A DNA stretch of 64,000 nt from Escherichia phage vB_EcoM-UFV13: sequence record NC_031103.1. One strand, 5' to 3'. Under the pieces are notes generated by a model. The model did not search any database. It saw only the letters and a list, made by a program, of their open reading frames with translations, and had not been told where the DNA came from. Each line of letters opens with the position of its first letter. Position 1 is the stretch's first letter. Shown in pieces: positions 10,570 to 19,150 of the stretch. The position numbers were made by a program, and so were the translations under genes.

Positions 10570-10877
10570 CGTAAATTCCCTGCAATTGGTATACTAACAA
10601 TACGCCCAGTATCTAAAATTCGCTGATATAATCTTTGTGTGTCTACGTCAGGCTTAACATGTTTAACTTCTATTTTATTAAACCAAAATTTACGTGGAGT
10701 CTCAACTAATCTTGGAATTCCCTTACCTAAAGCTAGTTGATACTGCTCTTTAAGAGTGGTAAATACTTTGTCAGCAATATTCCATTCAAAAAATACAGCA
10801 GGACGATGTTCATCAAGCGGAACTGGCGCCGTAAATCCGTCTTTGTCTCGGTAAACTATCGCATATACATAAACCAT
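10566..10877 (-). CDS. hypothetical protein
   Basis: 103-aa ORF overlapping dda start. Confidence 0.5.
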   Translation of the reverse strand: MVYVYAIVYRDKDGFTAPVPLDEHRPAVFFEWNIADKVFTTLKEQYQLALGKGIPRLVETPRKFWFNKIEVKHVKPDVDTQRLYQRILDTGRIVSIPIAGNLR

Positions 10878-10878
10878 A

Positions 10879-11625
10879 TTATCCTCGGATAAGTTTAAAA
10901 ATTGAACAATTTAGCGGGTATCCTCTTTTCAGTTTAAGTTTATCAATAAAAGACAAGTTTTGATACCGCTCTACACCTTGAATAATTTTATCACACATAT
11001 CATATTGCATTTCTGCTTCTGACAACTTTTTCACAGTTTTCCAATCCGAACCTTTAAGAAGAACGTTCAGTTTAACAACTTCAGCGCCTTCTGCTATGCG
11101 AGAACCATCAATACGAGCTTTAAGTGCTATAATTCTTAACTTAATGTCAGAGGTCTGTTTTGATTTAGAAAGCTGAGAAATGTGTTCAATTCGGTTTTCA
11201 CGTTTTTTCTGTATAGCTTTAATTTGATTATAAGTCTTTTTGATTTTAGCCCATTTCTTTTCATCTAAATTTAGTTTATGAACTTTTTTCGCAGATGAAC
11301 GACCAATTCGCAGAGCAAACAAATCACGTTTTTCAATTAACTCCTCTAAAGTATAATCAGAACGAAATGTATTATACTTTTTCTTTACTGCAATAACATT
11401 CCCTTTAATGTATCCAATGTTATTATCAAAACGTTCTAATGATAATTTCTCTCCTTCAATACGATTATCAAAAGGTTCTCCCGAGTAAGCACAAACTTTC
11501 TGATCTAAAATGTTCTTAATGTAATTGAAGTCTAAGTTAAAATCTTTAGAACGTCTTTTTGCAGATGCCTGAGTATGCTCTAAACGACGTTTAATTTTAC
11601 GAATTTGATTATTAGATAGTTTCAT
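10879..11625 (-). CDS. basic 248-aa protein (T4 srd position)
   Basis: Lys/Arg-rich; position between dda and modA; identity with Srd not verified. Confidence 0.45.
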   Translation of the reverse strand: MKLSNNQIRKIKRRLEHTQASAKRRSKDFNLDFNYIKNILDQKVCAYSGEPFDNRIEGEKLSLERFDNNIGYIKGNVIAVKKKYNTFRSDYTLEELIEKRDLFALRIGRSSAKKVHKLNLDEKKWAKIKKTYNQIKAIQKKRENRIEHISQLSKSKQTSDIKLRIIALKARIDGSRIAEGAEVVKLNVLLKGSDWKTVKKLSEAEMQYDMCDKIIQGVERYQNLSFIDKLKLKRGYPLNCSIFKLIRG

Positions 11626-11660
11626 ATTTTTCTCACATCTTACGGACGATTGACTACTAT

Positions 11661-11690
11661 ACTATAACATTTTTACTTTGGCTTGTAAAC
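11661..11690 (-). promoter_or_regulatory. early promoter
   Basis: GTTTAC-18-TATAGT between modA and the srd-position gene. Confidence 0.5.
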
Positions 11691-11747
11691 AATTTTATGC
11701 AAAAATGCTTTAAAACTTTCGTGGTATAATGAATCTAAGTCCTTTCA

Positions 11748-12350
11748 TTATAGATTAAATCCTTCAAAATCAAGAGTATAGATAGTGTATGTTGAATACT
11801 TTTTATACTCATATCTATCTGCAATTCTAAATACACTTCCAGCTGGTATCATTACTTCTTGTTCATCTGAAACTAATTCCATATTACGATAACGATGGCT
11901 ATCCGGAAACTTAAAGTTTGGATTGTATTCTTTACAGCGTAGAGCTTTTATAGCATACTCCTGGAAATTGAATACCATAGGAGCTTTGAATTCAAAAATA
12001 ACCTGTGTGTTATACTCTAAACCGGAAGCAAAATGTAGAGCTATATTTTTATCATATGAAGCTGATACTACTTTATCAAATGTAATAATATCAATTCCTT
12101 GATTTAATACTTGTTTAGTCTCAGCTGGAACACCTCTCCAAAGAGGTTTATCGTTTGGAACCAAACGAGATTTGATTATTTCATTTAACCAAGTATGGTC
12201 ATCTGGCTTATTAGTAATACAATGAATTAAAAGTTCAATTTCAGATAAATTAAACCCTTCAGAAAGCAATTCTTCACGAATAGAAGCACGCACCGATGCA
12301 TCCATTGATTTTATTTTAAAATCTTTTAGTTGCATTATTGAGTATTTCAT
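11748..12350 (-). CDS. modA: ADP-ribosyltransferase ModA
   Basis: 200 aa; R-S-EXE signature (LWRG, SAS, EQEVMIP); adjacent paralog. Confidence 0.75.
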   Translation of the reverse strand: MKYSIMQLKDFKIKSMDASVRASIREELLSEGFNLSEIELLIHCITNKPDDHTWLNEIIKSRLVPNDKPLWRGVPAETKQVLNQGIDIITFDKVVSASYDKNIALHFASGLEYNTQVIFEFKAPMVFNFQEYAIKALRCKEYNPNFKFPDSHRYRNMELVSDEQEVMIPAGSVFRIADRYEYKKYSTYTIYTLDFEGFNL

Positions 12351-12970
12351 TCAACTACCTCAATATCATAAACTTTAAATGTTCCAAACGAATCGTGTAA
12401 TTTTTCTTTTGAAATAGAAGTTATTCTATACTTTCCAATTGGAATCATCCATTCTTGTTCATGCACAATCATCATTAAGTTATCAGTACGTTCTGAATCT
12501 AATCCATCAGTATCTTCATATGTATACTTAAACTCAGTATTAGGAGAAGAAAGTATAATATCGCTGATATGGTCAGAGTAATTAAAAGCTTTATCAGTTT
12601 TTAAGCGAAATATTATTTCAGTAAAATATTCAGCATAAGAAAAAGAACACGCTGTATGCAAACTAGTAGTAAATGAATCTACCCTGTTCGTTGAAAACAC
12701 TTCTCCAACTTGTAAATCTTTAATAAGTTCTTTTGTCGATTTTGATATACCACGATATAACTGATAAGGCGATTTAGTTAAATGCTTTTTAACGATTTTA
12801 TTCAACTGCCGATGAAGAGCTTCATTCTTTTTGGCTTCCATACATTGCCAAAGAACTGACTGCTCAAAGTCAGTAAATTTTTCACAGACCTTTTTATACA
12901 TATCATATTGAAAATCGACACTTTCAGCTTTTATAGATAACTGTTCAACATCTGCAGGATTAATAATCAT
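12347..12970 (-). CDS. modB: ADP-ribosyltransferase ModB
   Basis: ATG at 12970 preceded by GGAGG gives 207 aa; R-S-EXE signature (LYRG, STN, EQEWMIP). Confidence 0.75.
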   Translation of the reverse strand: MIINPADVEQLSIKAESVDFQYDMYKKVCEKFTDFEQSVLWQCMEAKKNEALHRQLNKIVKKHLTKSPYQLYRGISKSTKELIKDLQVGEVFSTNRVDSFTTSLHTACSFSYAEYFTEIIFRLKTDKAFNYSDHISDIILSSPNTEFKYTYEDTDGLDSERTDNLMMIVHEQEWMIPIGKYRITSISKEKLHDSFGTFKVYDIEVVE

Positions 12971-12996
12971 GATAGCCTCCATATACTTCAGAAGCT

Positions 12997-13026
12997 ATCA
13001 TATCATCGTTAGAAAGGAAAGTAAAC
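12997..13026 (-). promoter_or_regulatory. early promoter upstream of modB
   Basis: GTTTAC-18-TATGAT. Confidence 0.5.
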
Positions 13027-13037
13027 AACTTTTTGAA

Positions 13038-13220
13038 TTATTTTGCCCAGGGAGCCCAGGGCGGAGGGTCAAGATGGTATGAAGCTAGTTCTTCTAGAAG
13101 AGCATCTGGGGCTTCAATTCCATAATTCTGTAATACTATACGGTATTCTTTCTTATAATCACTAGAATCATTCTGGATATTCGTAGAATGATTATCTTCT
13201 AACATCTCAAATAAATCCAT
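13038..13220 (-). CDS. hypothetical small protein
   Basis: 60-aa ORF. Confidence 0.4.
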   Translation of the reverse strand: MDLFEMLEDNHSTNIQNDSSDYKKEYRIVLQNYGIEAPDALLEELASYHLDPPPWAPWAK

Positions 13221-13228
13221 ATTAATTC

Positions 13229-13699
13229 CTAGCGATAAAAACCAAAATAACGATTAGTTTCAATAATCTTTCTTTCTTCTTCTGACATTCTCCAGCGTAG
13301 TCCAACATCAAAATGAGCCCAGACCATCTTAACAAATGCATTTATATCTTTAATATCTTCAATAATGAATGTTTTACTTTTCGAAGGTTGACTCACTAAT
13401 TTAACTTTATCATCTTCAAACATGTCAAAAAGACCATATTCATGAGCTCTTTTATAGCCTTTAATAGTTAAAGCTTCAGAAGAAGAAAACGGTGAATCAG
13501 TATCCTGCAAAATATCTTCAGTATGCTTTATAATTAGAATAACATTTTCTGGATATTTTCTTTCTTTTATATCTTTAATTAAAAGATCCGGATTTTCTGC
13601 TAAAGGAATAATTAATGAGCACTTTTTATCAAGTGTATTTACTGATTTACCTTCTTTGGACATAAATTCTATTGAATAATGTTTTGCTACTTCAATCAT
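13229..13699 (-). CDS. hypothetical protein
   Basis: 156-aa ORF. Confidence 0.5.
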   Translation of the reverse strand: MIEVAKHYSIEFMSKEGKSVNTLDKKCSLIIPLAENPDLLIKDIKERKYPENVILIIKHTEDILQDTDSPFSSSEALTIKGYKRAHEYGLFDMFEDDKVKLVSQPSKSKTFIIEDIKDINAFVKMVWAHFDVGLRWRMSEEERKIIETNRYFGFYR

Positions 13700-13852
13700 G
13701 TGATTTCCTCTTGCCTACTAATGGGCCGTCAGGAATTTTGTTTTCCTGGATATATTTCTCATTTTCTTCCATCATTTTACTGCCAATTTTAAGAAGCAAA
13801 TCCAATGCTTCATTTGCTTTAGCCTTGGCCTCTTCTAGCGTCATATCTCTGT

Positions 13853-14056
13853 TCACGATTTATCCCCATAGATGTCTCTCATCAATTTAAGCGCTGAGCG
13901 TTCTAATTTCTTTTCTTTCTCAGCACTAATCATTGATTTCATCCATTCTTCTGATTCGTTCTGCATTTCTTTATTTGCTTGTTCAACCCAACCATCATCA
14001 ATGTACATTGAGTTTGGTCTACTGAACCATTCAAGCATTTTCTTCAGAACTTTCAT
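13853..14056 (-). CDS. hypothetical small protein
   Basis: 67-aa ORF. Confidence 0.4.
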   Translation of the reverse strand: MKVLKKMLEWFSRPNSMYIDDGWVEQANKEMQNESEEWMKSMISAEKEKKLERSALKLMRDIYGDKS

Positions 14057-14528
14057 TTGTTTTACCTAAAACAACAGTAGGAGCATCATTAAATTCATGA
14101 ATTTTTAGCAAATTTGGATGTAAACTATTCCATACAGAAGAAATAAAGTATGATAAAGCATCTTCACTCACAATTATAAATTTATTTCCTTTATCTATTT
14201 TCCAGCTATATACTGAATCATACGAATAGAAAGATAAAGGTTTATCATTATATTGTTCTGCGCTAACATTAATGTATTCGGATTTAGTAAATGCTTCAAT
14301 TGCTCTAAACGGAATATTTGGTACAGTTTCAATAATTCCGATCTTTTTAAGTTTTATTTCAGCATCTTCTGGAACTGGCATTGAAACAAAATTTTCTACG
14401 AGATACATTGGGTCACAATAACCCTTATCAATCATTACTGCTACGGTAATTGGAACGTCTTTAGCAAACGACATACTATTACTGCTAATATACATTTCAA
14501 ACAAAATCGCTTCCATAATTTTCCTCAA
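14031..14528 (-). CDS. hypothetical protein
   Basis: 165-aa ORF. Confidence 0.5.
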   Translation of the reverse strand: MRKIMEAILFEMYISSNSMSFAKDVPITVAVMIDKGYCDPMYLVENFVSMPVPEDAEIKLKKIGIIETVPNIPFRAIEAFTKSEYINVSAEQYNDKPLSFYSYDSVYSWKIDKGNKFIIVSEDALSYFISSVWNSLHPNLLKIHEFNDAPTVVLGKTNESSEENA

Positions 14529-14866
14529 TCACAAGATGTAGATGAACAACTAGAATCACAAGAACTTCCACACGAATCGCCCGTCCATACATGAACAGGA
14601 ACATTAGTGTCATATGAATCAGAACTAGACTGTGTATTCTGCGTATTAGATGATGTAGTAGGTGTTGACCAGCGCCAAGGATTTTTATAATATTCTTGGG
14701 CTTCTTCATAAGTCATAGTAACTGCTTCTACTGTTCCATCTCCCATATAAACATATTCAACTACAGTTAAAGGGAGGTAGTCATTTGAAATAGGAACTAC
14801 ACCTTCTCCGGGAGTTGTAGAGAAAAAATCCGTAAAGAAACTTTTAAACCAATTAAAGATAAACAT
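14525..14866 (-). CDS. hypothetical protein with hydrophobic N-terminus and Cys/Ser-rich C-terminal tail
   Basis: C-terminus [18 protein letters not shown] encoded by imperfect short repeats. Confidence 0.5.
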   Translation of the reverse strand: MFIFNWFKSFFTDFFSTTPGEGVVPISNDYLPLTVVEYVYMGDGTVEAVTMTYEEAQEYYKNPWRWSTPTTSSNTQNTQSSSDSYDTNVPVHVWTGDSCGSSCDSSCSSTSCD

Positions 14867-15072
14867 TACAAAAAGCCTCTCTTGAATTCGACTTGCTTCT
14901 CGCCATAATCATATCGAATCTCTGCATTAAATTCGACAGAACCATCTGCGTACATCATAAATGAGTGCACAACAACTTCTGTAGACCATGACTGCAGTTC
15001 ATATTTCTTCATTACATGCCGTGAAATGATAATATCTAAATCTTCATTTGGTTTAATCCAACGATTTAACAT
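14866..15072 (-). CDS. hypothetical small protein
   Basis: 68 aa; GGAGGAG before ATG; early promoter upstream. Confidence 0.5.
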   Translation of the reverse strand: MLNRWIKPNEDLDIIISRHVMKKYELQSWSTEVVVHSFMMYADGSVEFNAEIRYDYGEKQVEFKRGFL

Positions 15073-15098
15073 AGTACTCTCCTCTATAAGATAATTCT

Positions 15099-15128
15099 AT
15101 TATACCATACTCATTTTGGAAAGTAAAC
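15099..15128 (-). promoter_or_regulatory. early promoter
   Basis: GTTTAC-18-TATAAT just downstream of soc hairpin. Confidence 0.55.
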
Positions 15129-15141
15129 CAGTAAAATGAAA

Positions 15142-15163
15142 AAGGACTCCCGAAGGAGTCCTT
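15142..15163 (-). terminator. intercistronic CUUCGG-type RNA hairpin after soc
   Basis: aaggactcc-cgaa-ggagtcctt. Confidence 0.6.
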
Positions 15164-15167
15164 GAAT

Positions 15168-15413
15168 TTATTCACCAGTTACTTTCCACAAATCTTCGTT
15201 TGCAGTAATCCATTCAGTACGTTGATTTTCTTCATATACTGTAGAATATGCTGCTTTTTCTGAAGGGAATATCTGGTAATGAGCTCCAGAAATTTTGTGA
15301 ACGTCAGAATAAAGAGGGAAAGCTACAGAAATTTCCTTTCCTTCAATTTTCTTATTTCCATCTAATTTCTGCTCAAATGTTTTGATATTAACATAACCGC
15401 GAGTACTAGCCAT
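15168..15413 (-). CDS. soc: small outer capsid protein Soc
   Basis: MASTRGYVNIKTFEQKLDGNKK... matches T4 Soc as recalled; late promoter upstream. Confidence 0.9.
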   Translation of the reverse strand: MASTRGYVNIKTFEQKLDGNKKIEGKEISVAFPLYSDVHKISGAHYQIFPSEKAAYSTVYEENQRTEWITANEDLWKVTGE

Positions 15414-15429
15414 GTAATTCTCCTTTTAT

Positions 15430-15639
15430 TTAAATTACATGATTATTTATAATAAATTCTCGCGGAACGTTAAAATATCCGATTTTAGTTAATATAACAA
15501 CATCACCGTTAATAACTACCGGAGAATAATCGTCTGGAGCATTAAACTTCCAATGAGCTCTAATATTATATCCATCAGAACCAAATGCTCGACTAGCCGG
15601 TCTCCCGGCTTTTTGCCATGCATAAAAATCAAATTTCAT
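15430..15639 (-). CDS. hypothetical small protein
   Basis: 69-aa ORF between soc and 56. Confidence 0.5.
   Translation of the reverse strand: MKFDFYAWQKAGRPASRAFGSDGYNIRAHWKFNAPDDYSPVVINGDVVILTKIGYFNVPREFIINNHVI
15444..15451 (-). promoter_or_regulatory. late promoter for soc
   Basis: Exact TATAAATA on minus strand about 30 nt upstream of soc ATG. Confidence 0.6.
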
Positions 15640-15836
15640 TTTGAATGCTCTATAATTAATTTTAAGGCTTCTTCATGCACCTTACCTAATTGTATATGTC
15701 CAGTTTTAATTGTGTAAGCTTTGTGGAGCTGATTAGATAAGAGCTCGTATGTGAGCTCCTTGTCATAATTTTTAAATAGCTGGTCAATACGTTTCTTGTG
15801 GGCTTTCTTAAGCTGGCGTTTATTTAAACGAGCCAT
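15636..15836 (-). CDS. hypothetical small basic protein
   Basis: 66-aa ORF between soc and 56. Confidence 0.5.
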   Translation of the reverse strand: MARLNKRQLKKAHKKRIDQLFKNYDKELTYELLSNQLHKAYTIKTGHIQLGKVHEEALKLIIEHSK

Positions 15837-16354
15837 TAATAACCTCGGTCTTGACGAGCGAAGTTTTCAGCATTTTTCAGATAATAAAGTTTAAAGATTT
15901 CTTCAGCTGACATTCCAAGAGCAATGAATTTATTCATGAAAAAGTGAAATTGATCAATCAATTCAAATTTAATTTCAAGTTGATCTTCAGGAGATAAATC
16001 TTGAATTTTCTTGGATTGCATTTCAGAATAACGTTTCTTCCAAGGTTTCCATACAGCAGAAGCTTCTTTTTCGCCATTGCTCATACCACCAAGAGAAGTA
16101 TATAGCTCGCGAGTTTCGTCTGCGATATAATCGTCTTGGTTTCGCAACCAAGCAAGAACTTCTCCTGCAGTTTCAAGTGAATCAGGATGACGATTTGTTT
16201 CTGGTTTATCATTAGCCAAACGAATCTGTAAATGCCGCTGCATATCAAGCATAACCTGCAGTGGGTCAATATTGTGCATAATATTCTCAGCATATGCACG
16301 ATTTGCTTTATCAACACCTTCGATCAAATGAGCACATTCATTAAAGTAAGCCAT
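15836..16354 (-). CDS. 56: dCTPase/dUTPase gp56
   Basis: Internal ATG at 16354 gives MAYFNECAHLIEG... about 172 aa, matching T4 gp56 as recalled. Confidence 0.85.
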   Translation of the reverse strand: MAYFNECAHLIEGVDKANRAYAENIMHNIDPLQVMLDMQRHLQIRLANDKPETNRHPDSLETAGEVLAWLRNQDDYIADETRELYTSLGGMSNGEKEASAVWKPWKKRYSEMQSKKIQDLSPEDQLEIKFELIDQFHFFMNKFIALGMSAEEIFKLYYLKNAENFARQDRGY

Positions 16355-16388
16355 TATTTTTCCTTTCAATTCATGGGTTAGTAGATTA

Positions 16389-16413
16389 ATTATACAATAA
16401 ATATATAAAGCAA
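16389..16413 (-). promoter_or_regulatory. middle (MotA-box) promoter upstream of gene 56
   Basis: TTGCTTTA then 11 nt then TATAAT on minus strand. Confidence 0.5.
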
Positions 16414-16425
16414 TAAGGAGGACAT

Positions 16426-16626
16426 ATGGTACAAAAATTAATGGCACTTGTTAATGCCATCAAAGGTAATAAAAAACGTATAGCTTTTACTATTTCTGCT
16501 ATGGTAGGAATTTTACTCTGGAACTTTATTTTATCACCTGTTGCAATTGCACATGGTATTAATATTCCAGTAGTTACTCTTGATACATTTGTAGATTTAG
16601 CATTTGCTTTAGTTGGGTTAATTTAA
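16426..16626 (+). CDS. small hydrophobic protein on the opposite strand
   Basis: 66 aa; AGGAGGA 3-4 nt before ATG; fills the 56-61 gap; no competing minus-strand ORF. Confidence 0.4.
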   Translation: MVQKLMALVNAIKGNKKRIAFTISAMVGILLWNFILSPVAIAHGINIPVVTLDTFVDLAFALVGLI

Positions 16627-17651
16627 ATCTTAGCATATTTAGATAGCCGCATTTTAGCCATTAACCCCTGCGCAATATTATTTTTCATATATTCCATAAT
16701 CTGTTCAGGGGTTGCACCTTCCTTTCTAATCATATCATTGACATCTTTTGATTTCCAGGGAGATTTATCCCAAAACATAACCCTTTCTCCTGCATCAACT
16801 AATTTAGTCATTCGCTTGATAGTGTCAGGGTGACGAGGTTCATTATCTAAGACCCACACTCGTCTATCTTTAAATGGAACAACTTCTAGGTCTAATTGAC
16901 CACCCGTAATAGCTATACCATTTTCAATAAAAAGCGAATCTATAGGTCCTTCTAGAACATATACATCACCATCTTTAACTCGTTCAACACCGTAAATTTT
17001 TGTTGCCTCAGGATAAGCTTTGATGGTGATATACTTTTGTGGAGCATCTTTCTTTAATGCACGTCCTTGAAAAGACTCAGCTTTTCCATTTGCATTATAA
17101 ATTGGAATAACAAGACGAGGCTCAGAAATTTCCTTTTTGTATGTTCCCGGTGCTATGCTATTAACTAATTTAGGCCATTCGGTTGTAAACCAAAGATATT
17201 TCCATTTATCCTTTGGAATACAACGAGCTTTTACATATTTTATAATTGGATGGTCTTCCGCCAGTTTATCTAATCTAACACATGACGGAAGAGATTTAAT
17301 TATTTTCTTCTCAGGTTGTTTAGGAAGTTCTTTAGGTTTTTCTACTGGACGACTTTTACCTTTTTCTTTTCTTATTTCAAAGATATACTCACGATATAAA
17401 TCAGGTTCAAACTCCTTTAAATATATTCCGATTGGTGCGTGATAGTTACAGTTATAACAATGAATATTTCCTTCATTATTATCACCATAATACCATCCAC
17501 GGGCTTTATTTTGGTCGGTTTTTGAATCTCCACAAACAGGACATCTAAACCGCAATTTAAAAGTTGAACTATTATTTACTTGTGTGAATTTAGGTAAATG
17601 AGCTAATGCACGATATGCAAACTCATTATCAATCCAAGGTATTGATGACAT
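16623..17651 (-). CDS. 61: DNA primase gp61
   Basis: 342 aa; N-terminal zinc ribbon CPVCGDSK...CYNC; matches T4 gp61. Confidence 0.9.
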   Translation of the reverse strand: MSSIPWIDNEFAYRALAHLPKFTQVNNSSTFKLRFRCPVCGDSKTDQNKARGWYYGDNNEGNIHCYNCNYHAPIGIYLKEFEPDLYREYIFEIRKEKGKSRPVEKPKELPKQPEKKIIKSLPSCVRLDKLAEDHPIIKYVKARCIPKDKWKYLWFTTEWPKLVNSIAPGTYKKEISEPRLVIPIYNANGKAESFQGRALKKDAPQKYITIKAYPEATKIYGVERVKDGDVYVLEGPIDSLFIENGIAITGGQLDLEVVPFKDRRVWVLDNEPRHPDTIKRMTKLVDAGERVMFWDKSPWKSKDVNDMIRKEGATPEQIMEYMKNNIAQGLMAKMRLSKYAKI

Positions 17652-17653
17652 TT

Positions 17654-17818
17654 TTACTCTTCTTTTTCTTTAGATTCCTCTTTTTTCTTTTTAGGAATCT
17701 GTTCAGGACCTTTATTTACTATAGCACCTGACGTTGTTCCAGTGGAGATATTTTCAGGATTACCACCTGAATCTCCAGCTACCATATCTTCTTTGATAAA
17801 TTCTTTATATGTTTTCAT
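17654..17818 (-). CDS. 54-aa protein with capsid-targeting-like N-terminus (T4 61.1 position)
   Basis: Hand-translated MKTYKEFIKEDMVAGDSGGNPENISTG...; not in track; TAATATG coupling. Confidence 0.45.
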   Translation of the reverse strand: MKTYKEFIKEDMVAGDSGGNPENISTGTTSGAIVNKGPEQIPKKKKEESKEKEE

Positions 17819-17819
17819 A

Positions 17820-18176
17820 TTAACCTCTATTCATAAAAGCATTAAAAATTTGGTCATCAATTGATGGAACAGCAACCTTTTCTACATCATTTAACAAATC
17901 ATTAATTTCATCAGATAGCATAACGCATGTACCTTTATTTCCTGTAATTGTTACTGCGCAATTACGAACGTTTTCTTTATCAAATTTTAGGTTAATATTT
18001 TCGTAGTGAAAATCCTTTAATGCCGAATATATTTTTAAAATGAAATTGTCTTTTACTACAATAAAACCGACTTCACTATTAAAACGCGGCTCATGAAAAC
18101 TGTAATAAACCTTTTCATCTATAAAATCGTATGAAATTTTTTCCATTTTTAAATATGAAAATTCAGAACTATACAT
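17820..18176 (-). CDS. hypothetical protein (T4 61.2 position)
   Basis: 118-aa ORF between 61.1-like and sp. Confidence 0.5.
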   Translation of the reverse strand: MYSSEFSYLKMEKISYDFIDEKVYYSFHEPRFNSEVGFIVVKDNFILKIYSALKDFHYENINLKFDKENVRNCAVTITGNKGTCVMLSDEINDLLNDVEKVAVPSIDDQIFNAFMNRG

Positions 18177-18188
18177 ACTAACCTCTAA

Positions 18189-18482
18189 TTACTCACCTAC
18201 CACTTCAGCGATGATATTTTTATTATTGAAGTTTTTATCACAATACAGAACGTAATTATACTGCATTACACCACCAGACTTAAGTTGTTTTTGCACTTCA
18301 GCTTTCATTTCAGGACGATCACGCTCAACGATATTCATAATATCCGCTTCAATTTGAGTTTCAACTTCAGTCTGATCTGCAGTCATAGACCATTCACACA
18401 AATCTTTGTCATAACCCGCCATAGCAGGCTGAGCAGCGCAAGAAGATAAAGCAAAAATTGCAGCAAAGATAAATTTTTTCAT
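18189..18482 (-). CDS. sp: Spackle periplasmic protein
   Basis: 97 aa; cleavable signal peptide MKKFIFAAIFALSSCAAQPAMAG; size and position as T4 sp. Confidence 0.7.
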   Translation of the reverse strand: MKKFIFAAIFALSSCAAQPAMAGYDKDLCEWSMTADQTEVETQIEADIMNIVERDRPEMKAEVQKQLKSGGVMQYNYVLYCDKNFNNKNIIAEVVGE

Positions 18483-18508
18483 GATAATCTCCTCAGTAGT
18501 TTATGTTT

Positions 18509-18538
18509 ATAGTATCTCAATTTTCAACAAAAGTAAAC
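18509..18538 (-). promoter_or_regulatory. early promoter upstream of sp
   Basis: GTTTAC-18-TACTAT. Confidence 0.55.
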
Positions 18539-18585
18539 ACTAGTAGAAGCAAACAGACAAATTGCAATAATTGGTGATTTCAGTT

Positions 18586-18780
18586 TCATTCTTCTCCTCC
18601 TTCATGTTGATGAACATATTCTTTTTCAAGTCTAGAGCACAAGTTTTCATATTCAACTAATAAAAATGAATCAAGTGCGTTATTTCTATGCTGACACCGT
18701 TCTTGTAAAGAATCCATCTCTGAACGTTGTTCTTGCGTTAATAATTGATAACCTGATACTTTAGACATTTTGTTCTCCAT
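18586..18780 (-). CDS. hypothetical small protein
   Basis: 64-aa ORF; alternative ATG at 18768 has better SD; own early promoter. Confidence 0.45.
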   Translation of the reverse strand: MENKMSKVSGYQLLTQEQRSEMDSLQERCQHRNNALDSFLLVEYENLCSRLEKEYVHQHEGGEE

Positions 18781-18804
18781 TTACTCGTTTGTTTTGATAG
18801 GTCT

Positions 18805-18833
18805 ATAATAACATGTTTAAAACAAAAGTAAAC
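18805..18833 (-). promoter_or_regulatory. early promoter
   Basis: GTTTAC-17-TATTAT. Confidence 0.5.
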
Positions 18834-19087
18834 TATTTTATTTCCTCAAGTTCGTTAATCAATAAAAGTTCTCTGACGCTAAAAACAAAGAAAAATGTGT
18901 TCCCATCAACCAGAGCATGACCGCTAATAGAACACCCTCTGCGGAATTTAGAAACTTCACAATCTAGAACTGTAAAGGGTTTTAATCCTATGACTTTAGC
19001 TGTGCGTCTATTCAGTTCACAACCACTTGCGAATTTTTCCAAATCTTCTTCTGATTTAAACTGATATTCTCTATTAACTAGCATCAT
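18833..19087 (-). CDS. hypothetical small protein
   Basis: 84-aa ORF with own early promoter. Confidence 0.5.
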   Translation of the reverse strand: MMLVNREYQFKSEEDLEKFASGCELNRRTAKVIGLKPFTVLDCEVSKFRRGCSISGHALVDGNTFFFVFSVRELLLINELEEIK

Positions 19088-19118
19088 TTTCTTTTCTCCG
19101 CGATTAGCTGATAGAATT

Positions 19119-19148
19119 ACTATAACACAACTCTATCAGCTTGTAAAC
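19119..19148 (-). promoter_or_regulatory. early promoter
   Basis: GTTTAC-18-TATAGT. Confidence 0.5.
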
Positions 19149-19150
19149 TA

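Noticed and set aside
10879-11625. Possible degenerate HNH nuclease motif in the 248-aa basic protein
   Set aside because: The catalytic His and the second Cys pair are missing; resemblance too weak to call.
11715-11735. Plus-strand MotA-box-like sequence plus TGGTATAAT at the 3' end of modA
   Set aside because: It would drive antisense transcription into modA and has no downstream plus-strand ORF; likely chance.
16081-16317. Track ORFs nested in other frames within gene 56, gp43, gp46 and others (for example 16081..16317, 25498..25683, 33000..33263)
   Set aside because: Same-strand alternative frames inside recognised genes with no independent support.
16395-16412. Late-promoter-like sequence upstream of the plus-strand ORF 16426..16626
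   Set aside because: TATATAAA differs from the late consensus TATAAATA at two positions; not called.
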